Source: an uncultured Nitrososphaerota archaeon
GTDB taxonomy: Archaea; Thermoproteota; Nitrososphaeria; Nitrososphaerales; Gagatemarchaeaceae
Reading direction: 5' to 3'
Assembly: GCA_963718895.1 (NCBI GenBank)
Contig: CAVRAG010000007.1
Span: 480,001 to 544,000, forward strand
Length of the DNA: 64,000 bases
Shown here: one piece after another, positions 21,817-33,508 of the stretch
Numbering within the stretch: position 1 is the stretch's first letter
How the letters are laid out: every line of letters begins with the position of its first letter
Notes under the pieces: model-generated
Told to the model about the DNA's origin: nothing
Database searches by the model: none
What the model saw: only the letters and a program-made list of their open reading frames with translations
Position numbers and translations under genes: made by a program

Positions 21817-22134
21817 CTAGACCTCGACGAAAATCGCATCTTCCTCTATTTTAACGTTCAGGACGCGGAGTGGCAGCGTCGCCGGAGGGTTGTAGACCTC
21901 GCCTGTCTTGAGGTCGAACTGAGAGAGATGGAGCGTGCAGACCACGGCCCCGTCGAGGATGAACCCCTGGGAGAGGTCGTACTCCTCGTGGGTGCAGACG
22001 CCTGAGACTGCGTGGACCTCGCCATCGAGATTGGATAGCAGGACCTTCGTGCCCTCGAGCTCGACGCCGGCCATCGTGCCCGGCTGCAGGTCGGAGAGGG
22101 ACATGGCCCGCACAAAGTGGACCAGGACCTTCAC
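21817..22134 (-). CDS. Rieske-type ferredoxin
   Basis: CTH...CTLH motifs; located within the suf operon. Confidence 0.9.
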   Translation of the reverse strand: MKVLVHFVRAMSLSDLQPGTMAGVELEGTKVLLSNLDGEVHAVSGVCTHEEYDLSQGFILDGAVVCTLHLSQFDLKTGEVYNPPATLPLRVLNVKIEEDAIFVEV

Positions 22135-23554
22135 GCCCTGTACTTGTAGTGCCTCTCGAAGACGTCTCCCGATTGCCTGACCTCGACCGGTCCCTCTCCG
22201 GTGATCGCCATCAGCGCCTCCGTGTCGATGAGCCTCCTCCTCTCGCCGTACCACTTGCCCTCGATTATGAACTTCGCACCTTCACGGGCCATCTCGACCG
22301 GAATCCTGGACACGACGGGCTCGAAGAATCCGAGCACAATCATCTTCTTCGCCTCGTCTTCAGGTAGCCCCCTCGCTCTCAGGTAGAAGACCTGGTCTTC
22401 GTCGACCTGCGCTACCGAGGCCGAGTGCGTCGCCTTGACCTCGTTCGTCTCGATGTCGAGGCCAGGGATGCCGTCGGAACGGGCGCCCTTGTCCAGTAGC
22501 ATCGCGTGGTGCGCAAGATAGGAGCTGGCGTTCTTCGCAATGTGGTTAATCTTGATCATGCCCTTGAATATCGACTGTGACTCGATCCTTGAGCACGCCC
22601 CTCGCGTGAAGAGCGGCGGTGGTGTCCGGGGAGTTGTGGATGAGGTTCGACTCGAGGTCGAACCGCTGCTTCCCGTTGCAGAAGAAGACCTCAAATCCCT
22701 CGACTGTCGAGCCCCTGCCGTTGAGGTCACCATGTCCATTCGGGACCGGGAGATCGGTCGACCGCCGAGGAGGATCGACGTGATGTTTACGCGTGAGTCG
22801 CTTGAGGCGTCGACCCGCTTGTTAGTGAGATAGGTCGCCTTCTCGTCCAGGAGCTGCAGCGAGCTGGCGTCGACGTGGGAGGAGCTCCCGGCCCTGACCT
22901 CGAGCAGAGAGCTGACGAGGTAGTCATGCTCGGCCGCGCCCGTGTAGAGCTCCTCGAGGAAGTTCAACCTCGAGGTATCCTCGGCGTAGATCATCGTCTG
23001 GTCGACACGCTCGTACGCAGGGTTCTTCACTACGAGCATCTTCCGAAGGGGAGACGAGACCTCGACCCCTCGGGGACATGGATGAAAGTTCCGGAGTTGA
23101 AGAAGGCGTTGTTGAACGCCGCGTACTTCTCCCCGTTCGACTTCGCCAGCTTGTCTCGAACAGGCCTCGCATCAGGCCCTCCTTCTTGGCGATGGCGTCG
23201 TGGATGCTCATGACCTCGAGCCCGCTCTTCGCGTAGCGACTCGTCGAGGTCGACGTGGATCGTGGTCGAGTTACCCTGGAGGATGATGTTGGTCTCCTTC
23301 CCCGTGAGGTAGCCCTCGAAGTGAGTCCGGAGGTCGAGGACCTCGTTCGGGGGCGCGACCGAGAACTGCGCCGGGTCGAACGGCGGAGACCCCTGCGTAC
23401 TTCGTGTAGAGCGGGGAGAGCTCGAGAGGGAGCTTGAGGAACTCGCTGAGCGCGTCGACCCGGAAGTCCCTGAGCCAGCTCGGGCTCCTGCAGGCTCCTG
23501 GACAGAGCGATCGACCTTCTCCTCGGTGAACGCGCCCATCGTTTGCTGGGCCAT
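22131..23554 (-). CDS. sufD: SufD (frameshifted)
   Basis: YAAFNNAFF, PGLDIETNEVKATHSASV and FYLRARG motifs. Confidence 0.88.
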
Positions 23555-23581
23555 GGGAACACCTCGACTTGGCGGTGTTGT

Positions 23582-24995
23582 TTAGCCTACCGCGCCGGTC
23601 ATCTCGAGCGCCATCAGCCGGTTGAGCTCGATCGCGTAGATCATCGGGAGCTCCTTGGTGAAGGGCTCGACGAAGCCGTTGACTATCATGCTCAGGGCGT
23701 CCCTCTCGCTGATGCCCCTGGCCATGAGGTAGAAGAGCTGGTCCTCGCCGACCTTGCCGACGCTCGCCTCGTGGGTGACCGTGGCGTCGTCCGCCATGAC
23801 CTCCATGTACGGGAATGGTCGAGGTCTTCGACTGCTCGTCGAGGAGGAGCGCGTCGCACCTCACGGTGGACTTCACGTTGTGCGCGCCCCTCGCGATGTG
23901 CAGGAGGCCGCGGTAGATGGCCATCGCCTCCGTCCTTGGAGACCGACTTTGAGATTATCTTGGAGGAGGTGTCGGAGGCGAGGTGGATGACCTTCCCTCC
24001 GGTGTCCTGTATCTGGTTGGCGCCGGCGTAGGCCATCGAGAGTATCTCCGCCTTTGCGCCTTGCGCCGAGGAGGTAGATCGACGGATACTTCATGTTCCT
24101 GCCCGGAGCCGACCTCCCCGTTCAGCCAGGTGACGCTCGCGTCCTCGTAGGCGTGCGCCCTCTTCGTAACGAGGTTGTAGACGTTCTTGCTCCAGTTCTG
24201 GATCGTGATGTACCTTATCTTCGCACCCTTCTTCGCGATCAGCTCGACGACGGCGGCGTGGAGCATCGACTTTTGGTACATCGCGGCGGTGCAGCCCTCG
24301 ATGTACTGGACCTCGCTGTTCGGCTCCGCGACGATGAGCGTCCTCTCGAACTGCCCCATCCCCTGGGCGTTGATCCTGAAGTAGGACTGGAGGGGCATAG
24401 CTGATCTTGACGCCCTCCGGGATGTAGATGAAGGGACCGTCGCTCCAGACCGCGCTGTTGAGCGCGGCGAACTTGTTGTCGCTGGCCGGGACTATCGTCC
24501 CCATGTACTTCTTGATGAGGTCGGGATACTCCTTCACCGCGTTGCCGACGCTCGTGAATATGACTCCCTGCGCCTGTCAGGTCCTTCTGGAGGCTGTTGT
24601 AGACCTCCTGGCTCTCGTAGATGGCGCCGACGCCGGCGAGGAACTTCCTCTCGGCCTCAGGGATGCCCAGCTTCTCGAAGGTGTTCCTGATCTCCGGGGG
24701 GACGTCCTCCCACTTCTTCGCGGTCTCCTTCGCAGGTTGGGCGTAGTAGTAGAAGTCCTGGAAGTGTATCGGAGAGAGGTCGACCCCCCACGTGGGTACG
24801 GGGCGGGCCAGGAAGTTCTTCAGGGCCCTGAGCCTGAACTCCTCCATCCAGATCGGCTCGTCACGGATGCCGGGAGATCTCCTTGACGACGTCCTCGTTT
24901 ATCCCCTTGTGGCTGTGGTCGAGGTAGTCCGTCGAGTCGGCGAATCCGTACTTTGTCTGATAATCGTCAGAGACAATCTCGGAAGCAGATGTCAT
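23582..24995 (-). CDS. sufB: SufB (frameshifted)
   Basis: [38 protein letters not shown] and THEASVGK motifs. Confidence 0.93.
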
Positions 24996-24997
24996 AG

Positions 24998-25035
24998 ATA
25001 ACTCACATTATTACTATTGTTATAAGTATATAACA
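24998..25035. promoter_or_regulatory. AT-rich internal promoter/operator upstream of sufB
   Basis: ATAACTCACATTAT at 24998-25011 and inverted repeat TGTTATA-N4-TATAACA at 25018-25035. Confidence 0.55.
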
Positions 25036-25051
25036 CTTGCCTCTACCGACC

Positions 25052-25816
25052 CTAGGCCACCACGCCGGCTTGTTCCTTGAGCCAGCTGTACCCCTTCTCT
25101 TCGAGCTTGAGCGAGAGCTCCTCTCCTCCCGAGGCCGTTATCTTGCCATCGTAGAGGACGTGGACGAAGTTCGGCTTGATGTACTTCAGAATCCTCTGGT
25201 AGTGCGTGATTATGAGGACTCCCAACTCGCTCCCCGCAAGCTTGCTCACTCCCTCGGCCACGACGCGCAGGGCGTCGATGTCCAGGCCGGAGTCGGTCTC
25301 GTCGAGGATTGCGAACTTCGGTTTCATCAGGGCCATCTGCAGGATCTCGGCCCTCTTCTTCTCACCGCCGGAGAAGCCCTCGTTGAGGTACCTGTTCATG
25401 AAGGACTCGTCGACCCCCAGGAGCTTCATCTTCTCGTTCATCGCCTCTCTGAACTCAAAGAGGGTCGGGGCCTGGTTCTTCTCGTCGGTGTGGACAGAGT
25501 TGTAGGCCGCGCGCAGAAAGGAGAACATGGTGACGCCAGGAACTGTGACCGGGTACTGGAAGGCCAGGAAGAGTCCGCTCTTCGCCCTCTTGTCGGGGGT
25601 GTAGCCGAGGATGCTCTGGCCGTCGATCAGGATGTCTCCCTTGGTCACCTTGTACTTCGAATGCCCGAGCAGAGTGTAGGCTAGTGTACTCTTCCCTGAC
25701 CCGTTCGGGCCCATAAGGGCGTGGACCTCCCCCTGATTGATCGTCAGGTTGACTCCTTTGAGAATTTCGTTGCCCTCTATGGAGACGTAGAGGTCGCGTA
25801 TTTCCAACTTGGCCAT
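25052..25816 (-). CDS. sufC: SufC ATPase
   Basis: GPNGSGKST, FSGGEKKR and LDETDSGLD motifs. Confidence 0.96.
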   Translation of the reverse strand: MAKLEIRDLYVSIEGNEILKGVNLTINQGEVHALMGPNGSGKSTLAYTLLGHSKYKVTKGDILIDGQSILGYTPDKRAKSGLFLAFQYPVTVPGVTMFSFLRAAYNSVHTDEKNQAPTLFEFREAMNEKMKLLGVDESFMNRYLNEGFSGGEKKRAEILQMALMKPKFAILDETDSGLDIDALRVVAEGVSKLAGSELGVLIITHYQRILKYIKPNFVHVLYDGKITASGGEELSLKLEEKGYSWLKEQAGVVA

Positions 25817-25859
25817 GGCCGAACGGCTTAAAGTGCCGCGTCTTTGAATATTTAAGGCT

Positions 25860-25875
25860 TATAACATGAGTTATA
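25860..25875. promoter_or_regulatory. Palindromic operator candidate upstream of sufC
   Basis: TATAAC-ATGA-GTTATA next to the TATA-like element at about 25848-25856. Confidence 0.55.
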
Positions 25876-26102
25876 TTGCCCTGATGACCCTCAGGAATAA
25901 TTCCCGACGAACTAGAGTGCCCCGATGAATCGTGTGGCCCCTGACGTGCGTCTGGACACGTCGGAGCAAGGCCGGGATACTGATCGCCTTGTGGTAGTGC
26001 AAGGCAAACCCTGGAGCGCTGGTAGGGCCTCGCTGGCTCTCGCATGACTGTCCAGCACTACGCTGAGATGATAAAGCAGGTCCGTAGGCTGCCGAACGTT
26101 GG

Positions 26103-26579
26103 CTAGCCGACGCAGTGTCGCGCTATCTTGGAGGCCACAGCTTCCAGGAACTCCCGGTCAACGGATGAGTGCGCGTTCAGTTCGTCGCTGTCGATGTCTA
26201 TCTCTCCTACGACCCTGCCCCCGTAGTGTACGGGGACGACTATCTCCGACTTCGTGTTGGCGAAGCACTCCAGATAGCGGCTGTCCTTGCTCACGTCGGA
26301 GACTATCTCCGTCCTGCCGGATTTGGCGGCCCAGCCGCAGACGCCCTTGCCGATGGGGATGGTCGTGTGGACCGTGGCTGCGGGTCCGGCCCAGGCAGCG
26401 AGGGCCAGGTTCCCACCCTTGACGAGGTATATGCCCACCCAGTTGTAGGTCGGGACCTGGTTCAGGATCTTAACCACCTTCTGCCTCACTTCGGCGCTGC
26501 TGTCCGAGGCCGACGCCCCCTCGACCTGCCCGATCAGCTCCTTGGCCCTCTCTCTGTCCATCCGGGTTCCGTTCTTCAT
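26103..26579 (-). CDS. GAF-domain protein (fRMsr/MsrC-like)
   Basis: NWVGIY, IPIGKGVCG, SEIVVP and EIDIDS motifs. Confidence 0.85.
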   Translation of the reverse strand: MKNGTRMDRERAKELIGQVEGASASDSSAEVRQKVVKILNQVPTYNWVGIYLVKGGNLALAAWAGPAATVHTTIPIGKGVCGWAAKSGRTEIVSDVSKDSRYLECFANTKSEIVVPVHYGGRVVGEIDIDSDELNAHSSVDREFLEAVASKIARHCVG

Positions 26580-26725
26580 CGCGCCTTGCTCTGGAATATG
26601 CCACTTGAAGAGCATAGCGGCCACCAGCGCTCCGAGTATAGGTCCAACCACGTACAGCCAGTACCGCGAGAGAGGTGTGCTGAAAAGGAGCGAGACCAAG
26701 CGGGGTCGAAGCTCCTCGCGGGATT
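26575..26725 (-). pseudogene. Aquaporin (MIP) C-terminal remnant
   Basis: NPARSFDPA (second NPA box) then, after a frameshift, YWLYVVGPILGALVAAMLF. Confidence 0.8.
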
Positions 26726-26904
26726 GGGAAAACGGCACGGGAAGATGATTCAAAACCTCAGCCTAGCAGGAATCAAGAGAGTAAATCGCGGCTCAACGGC
26801 ACGAAGCTTTGCGCAGCGCTTTGTTCATGAACGGAACATTGGATTTCAATTGTGCAAACCTAAATATCACCGGACAACGGCGCGGTTTAATCAAGTGGGT
26901 TTGA

Positions 26905-29073
<2,169 letters not shown>

Positions 29074-29099
29074 AGAGAATTCGCATGGCAGGCCCGGCA

Positions 29100-29370
29100 G
29101 GGCCCGTCCTGTTCAGAGAGAGCTCGCCTATGGCGCAGAGGCCATAGTGACCGCCGGGTTGAAGCGCGCGCGGGAGACCTGGGCGACCGTCGCCACCCCA
29201 TGGGGGTCGCGACGCCATGTGCGAGGCCGATGAACCCCGAGGCCCAGACCCGCTCCGGCTGGGAAGGTGTGGCAGTCGGCGACTACGGTAATCGCGCCGA
29301 GGCCCAGGAGGGTGAGCACGAACGTGCCGTAGATCTGGGTGATGAGGGCGCTCGGGAGGGGACGCCGCAA
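29100..29370 (-). pseudogene. Aquaporin (MIP) N-terminal remnant
   Basis: QIYGTFVLTLLG...GFIGLAHG...VSRARFNPAVT (first NPA at 29160-29152), with indels and substitutions. Confidence 0.8.
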
Positions 29371-29460
29371 ATCTTTACACTGGCGTCCGTCCGCTAATCC
29401 GTATCTAAATGCTGGTAGAACGCGGCGGGTGAGAGCGCGCCCTGGGCCCTGGCACCGCGG

Positions 29461-29766
29461 TCAGGTCGCCTTTTCGCCCGCGCTCGGGTGTCCAGCTGGC
29501 TCCTCGACGGGCTCTGGCTTGCCCCAGCGGCCTACCTTTGGCACGGACTCTGTCCTGAACAGCGCGAGCCCCTTCTGGTAACGTTCGAGCTCGACCTCGA
29601 TGAAACGGATCTCGGACCTGAGGCCCTCCGCAGCCTTGTTCTTCCCTCCTGACTTGTTCAGCGCGTCCAGTCTCGACCTCCTATCGGCGATCATCTGACT
29701 CAGGAGGTCCTCGTACTCGGTGGCCAAGGCAAATAACGGGATGCGTCGGGCCGTGTATAAACGCAT
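29461..29766 (-). CDS. Hypothetical helical protein
   Basis: ORF fills the gap and is divergent from the DUF371 gene; coiled-coil-like sequence. Confidence 0.6.
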   Translation of the reverse strand: MRLYTARRIPLFALATEYEDLLSQMIADRRSRLDALNKSGGKNKAAEGLRSEIRFIEVELERYQKGLALFRTESVPKVGRWGKPEPVEEPAGHPSAGEKAT

Positions 29767-29825
29767 TAGGCCATGTGCCACGTGGCAGAGCCCATCCAAG
29801 AATATTAACCGTAGGCTCTGGATGG

Positions 29826-30260
29826 ATGGCAGTGAAGATCTACAGAGACGAGGTCGAGTTCTTCGGCCACCCGATGGTACGGTCGCGGCACCCTACGACC
29901 ATAGAAGTGACGCGTGACTCGCACCTGACGCTCAGAGGCGACTGCATCATAGGGGTGCGCGCCGACAAGGGTGTCTCTGACCTGTCGAAGGAGGTGAGAG
30001 AGTCGATCATGGTCGACGGCAGCGAGGTGCTCATCACGATAGAGGTCCCCCAGGAAGGCTTCCTGGTTCGAGCGGCTGGAAGCAGCAGGCTCTCCCTCGA
30101 GGACGCCCACGAGATCGTGATGCGGAAGAGCGAGTTCATCTCCGCGAGGACGCTCGCCATAAGAGCCGACGCCGCCGCAAAGGACATACCCAAGAAGATC
30201 GTCGAAAGCCTAAGGAGCCCCGACTGCCGAGGCGTACTCAGGATAGAGGTGCGAGTCTGA
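29826..30260 (+). CDS. DUF371 protein
   Basis: GHP.V...HPTTIEVTRD..LT.RGDCIIGV motif. Confidence 0.9.
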   Translation: MAVKIYRDEVEFFGHPMVRSRHPTTIEVTRDSHLTLRGDCIIGVRADKGVSDLSKEVRESIMVDGSEVLITIEVPQEGFLVRAAGSSRLSLEDAHEIVMRKSEFISARTLAIRADAAAKDIPKKIVESLRSPDCRGVLRIEVRV

Positions 30261-31210
30261 TGCCGTACACCGTGGTTGCGAATACGATGCAGGCCCTGGT
30301 CAAGTACCACGGGCTCAAGAACTGGGACCTGAGAATCCCATACCACGACAGCATATCGGTGAACACGACCTCGCTCTACTCGGAGGTGAGGGTGACAGAG
30401 GGAAGGGAGGGCAGACTCCTCGTGGAAGGGAAGAGGAATGAGGACGCGCTCCGGAGGATAGAGCAGGTCTCGAAGAGGCTGACCGGGAAGGGGTTCGTGG
30501 AGCTCGGGCTCGACATGGACTCCAAGAACACGCCCGGGGTCGAGGGGAAGGGGCTGGGCTTCTCATCCTCGGCTGGGTCCGCTCTTACGTTCGCGATAAA
30601 CCGTGCAGTGAAGAAAGGCCCGCCCGACCTGCGGGACCTCTCGAGGGTCTCGAGGCTATTCGCTGCCTCAGCATCACGGACGATGGTAGGGGGGTTCTCC
30701 CGGCTGTACGCCGGTCGGGGCGACGAAGACACGTATTCGGAGAAGATCGCCGACGAGAAGGACCTTCCGCTCAGGATGGTAATCGTTCCTCTTCCCTCGA
30801 CCGTCAAGACCGAGACGGCGCACGAAGAGGTTGAGACCTCGCCGTTCTTCAAGGCGAGGATAGAGTCGGCGGCCAAGAGGTGCGACCTAGTGGAGAAGGC
30901 GATAAGGGGAGGGGACCTTGCGAGGCTCGGCGAACTCGTCGAGCAGGACACCATGGAGCTGCACGGCGTGACGATGACCGGCGAGAACAGGATGATCGTA
31001 ATGAGCGGCGATACCATCAACGTCATCACGAAGGTAAGAGAGCTCCGCTCTAACAGCGTGCGGGCCTACTTCTCGATGCAGACTGGCCCCTCCGTCTTCA
31101 TCAACACAAGCGAGGAGGACGAGCAGAAGGTCAGGAGGGCTATGGCGAGGATGGGCTACCGGACCATCTCGTCCGGGGTCGGAAGAGAAGCCAGGGTCAA
31201 GCGCGGCTAG
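30260..31210 (+). CDS. mvaD: (Phospho)mevalonate decarboxylase, haloarchaeal PMD-like
   Basis: QALVKYHG...PYHDSISV, GLGFSSSAG (GHMP loop) and FSMQTGP motifs. Confidence 0.85.
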   Translation: MPYTVVANTMQALVKYHGLKNWDLRIPYHDSISVNTTSLYSEVRVTEGREGRLLVEGKRNEDALRRIEQVSKRLTGKGFVELGLDMDSKNTPGVEGKGLGFSSSAGSALTFAINRAVKKGPPDLRDLSRVSRLFAASASRTMVGGFSRLYAGRGDEDTYSEKIADEKDLPLRMVIVPLPSTVKTETAHEEVETSPFFKARIESAAKRCDLVEKAIRGGDLARLGELVEQDTMELHGVTMTGENRMIVMSGDTINVITKVRELRSNSVRAYFSMQTGPSVFINTSEEDEQKVRRAMARMGYRTISSGVGREARVKRG

Positions 31211-31248
31211 TACTGGTCTATCCTTAATACTGGAGCGGACGTGTTGGG

Positions 31249-31473
31249 TTGAGTCACTTGCCCGAGAAGTCAAGGCTGGTAAGCGGGTACCTCAAGGAGC
31301 TCAGACTGACGCGAAAAGAGAAGCCGACGCAGATCAGGGAGGCCCTGGAGATCTACATCCAACTCTGGGAGAGCGTGGTGAGGAAGGGCTTGGTCAGCCC
31401 CGACGACGAGATTGGAGAGGCGCTGAAGAAGATAGACGCCAGCGGAGGACTCTACCAGGCTGCCCAGGACTGA
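31249..31473 (+). CDS. Hypothetical protein
   Basis: 74-aa ORF filling the gap. Confidence 0.65.
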   Translation: MSHLPEKSRLVSGYLKELRLTRKEKPTQIREALEIYIQLWESVVRKGLVSPDDEIGEALKKIDASGGLYQAAQD

Positions 31474-31477
31474 AACG

Positions 31478-32230
31478 TCAATCCATCACCTCTCCGCCGT
31501 CGACGACGAGGCTCTGGCCGGTGACGAAGCTCGAGGCGTCGCTTGCGAAGAAGGCGGCCACCTTCGCTACCTCCTCAGGATGGCCGAAGCGTTTGAGGGG
31601 GATGACCTCCTTGTATGACTTGGCCTGCGCCTCGGTCAGCCACTCGACCCAACCAGTCTCTATGGAACCCAGGATCATGCAGTTCACCGCCACTTCAGGC
31701 GCGAGCGTCCTCGCGAGCATCTTCGTCAGCGTGAGTACCGACGCCTTTACCGGAGCATAAACCAACCCGTCGAGGTCACCGGTAAGCACCGGCGTGGAGG
31801 CGATGTTCACGACCCTCCCGCCGCGCGCTTTCATCAGGGGGACCGACTTCTGGGTGCAGAGGAACGTGCCTATGAGGTCGACGCCGAAGACCTTCCTCCA
31901 CATGTCGACCGTGATATCCTCGAGCTTGGAGTTCCAAATCTCAGCATTGGCAAGCCCGGCGTTGTTCACGAGGACGTCGAGGCCCCCGAAATTCCCTCGT
32001 ATGGTGGCGAGCATCGCATCCACGCTGGCTGGGTCGGAGACGTCCGCCTGGACGACGATCGCCTTCCCTCCGTCCGAGATGATGGATCCTGCCACGGACT
32101 GGGCCTCGGCCTCGCTGTTCCGATGGTTCACCACGACCGTCGCTCCCTCCGCCGCGAACTTCCGTGCGATTGCGGCCCCGATCCCCCGGCTCGAACCGGT
32201 GACCAGCGCGCGCTTGCCCTGAAGGCTCAT
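31478..32230 (-). CDS. SDR-family oxidoreductase (FabG-like)
   Basis: TGSSRGIG, NNAG and YAPVK motifs. Confidence 0.93.
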   Translation of the reverse strand: MSLQGKRALVTGSSRGIGAAIARKFAAEGATVVVNHRNSEAEAQSVAGSIISDGGKAIVVQADVSDPASVDAMLATIRGNFGGLDVLVNNAGLANAEIWNSKLEDITVDMWRKVFGVDLIGTFLCTQKSVPLMKARGGRVVNIASTPVLTGDLDGLVYAPVKASVLTLTKMLARTLAPEVAVNCMILGSIETGWVEWLTEAQAKSYKEVIPLKRFGHPEEVAKVAAFFASDASSFVTGQSLVVDGGEVMD

Positions 32231-32274
32231 CGAACCCTTAGCGGGCGACTTTCACTTAAGTTTTGTATCGGCGC

Positions 32275-32784
32275 CTAGGGTCTCGGCATCCTGTCCTTCG
32301 CCGTGCCGCCGACGGAGTACTCCTTCAGGAACTTCAGGTTGAAGAGCGATGCGGCGGCCGAGTTCCTCACCAGCTCGTCCTCGTCCTTCAGCGCGGCCTC
32401 GAGGGTCGGCCTCGCGGACTGGCTGCCGATCGACCCGAGCGCCGCGGCCGACTCGTGCCTGACTATGGGCTCCTTGTCGTGCCTGACCGCCTCCTCGAGC
32501 GCTGGGACCCCGGAGGCGAGCCCCATCTGGCCTAGGGTGAACGCGGCCTCGTGCTTCACGAGCGGGTCGGGATCGTGGAGTACGACGTCAGAGAGTACAG
32601 GGACGGCCGTCTCCCCACCGAGCTCGGCTAGGATCGTCACAGCGTGGACGCGCAGGACCAGGCTTGGTTCGTTGACGAGGACGTCAACAAAGAACTGCTC
32701 GTTCTTCTTCTCATACTCGTCCTCCATCTGCTTCATCATGGCGAGGCAGTGCTTCTCGTCATCGACGACGGAGCTTGTGTACAC
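32275..32784 (-). CDS. HEAT-repeat protein resembling half of deoxyhypusine hydroxylase
   Basis: KHEAAFTLGQMG and EPIVRHESAAALGSIG His-Glu motifs within HEAT repeats. Confidence 0.8.
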   Translation of the reverse strand: MYTSSVVDDEKHCLAMMKQMEDEYEKKNEQFFVDVLVNEPSLVLRVHAVTILAELGGETAVPVLSDVVLHDPDPLVKHEAAFTLGQMGLASGVPALEEAVRHDKEPIVRHESAAALGSIGSQSARPTLEAALKDEDELVRNSAAASLFNLKFLKEYSVGGTAKDRMPRP

Positions 32785-32830
32785 GCCTCACGGCTCGAAT
32801 CTCAGAATCTTATAACCTAAACGACGGGCT

Positions 32831-33460
32831 TTAGAGAAGCGTAAGCACAGCGGCGAGCGCGCCGTTCTCCGAGTCAGGTTCGCTGGACGATCCCGTCACG
32901 ACCACGGCGTCCCCTTCACCGAGGCCTGACTTGCGAACCGTCGTCCACGGTTCGCTTGGTCCGTCCTTCTCGCAGTCCGTGCCCTCCCCTGGGACGGCGA
33001 AGCGGCCCGCCCTGAAGATTGCGGTGAATGCTCCGTCGGCGCCGGCCTTGATAGCGGCATCCCGCTGCTCTATCCCGTAGCGGACCTTCTTGGAGGCGCC
33101 GGCGACCACGACGGCCCAGCACCGTCCGCCAATCTCGAGTGATTCCCCATCCACAGGAGAGGACCAAAGCAGCAGCGATGATATCTTCGCGTACTCTCGC
33201 TCGCCCTTCTTGCTGAGCGCGCACCCGTTGGCTTCTATGATGATTAGGTCGTTGTCCTTCAGCCTCTTGATCAGAGTCCTCACCTCTCCCTGCCCCAGCC
33301 CCGTAAGGGCCCCCAGCCGGCCGCGGCCGACGGACCCTGTCCTCCCTATGGCGATCAGAGCCTTGAGGACGTGGATCTGCGTGAAGACGGCCCGTGGACC
33401 CCGGTATTCGGACTCCAGCACCTCGCGGAGAGTCTCCAGAACCATCTGGCGGGCGTGCAA
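32831..33460 (-). CDS. wHTH protein with DUF4443-like C-terminal domain
   Basis: VGRGRLG...LGQGEVRTLIKRL HTH; GIEQRDAAIKAGADGA motif. Confidence 0.8.
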   Translation of the reverse strand: MHARQMVLETLREVLESEYRGPRAVFTQIHVLKALIAIGRTGSVGRGRLGALTGLGQGEVRTLIKRLKDNDLIIIEANGCALSKKGEREYAKISSLLLWSSPVDGESLEIGGRCWAVVVAGASKKVRYGIEQRDAAIKAGADGAFTAIFRAGRFAVPGEGTDCEKDGPSEPWTTVRKSGLGEGDAVVVTGSSSEPDSENGALAAVLTLL

Positions 33461-33508
33461 CTCGGAGTTATTTCTCCTTTTGTGAAAGGGTCCGAGGGGT
33501 CGTCATGC

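Noticed and set aside
26103-26753. 216-aa TM-GAF fusion in the ORF track
   Set aside because: The N-terminal part is the aquaporin remnant; the GAF gene more plausibly starts at 26579
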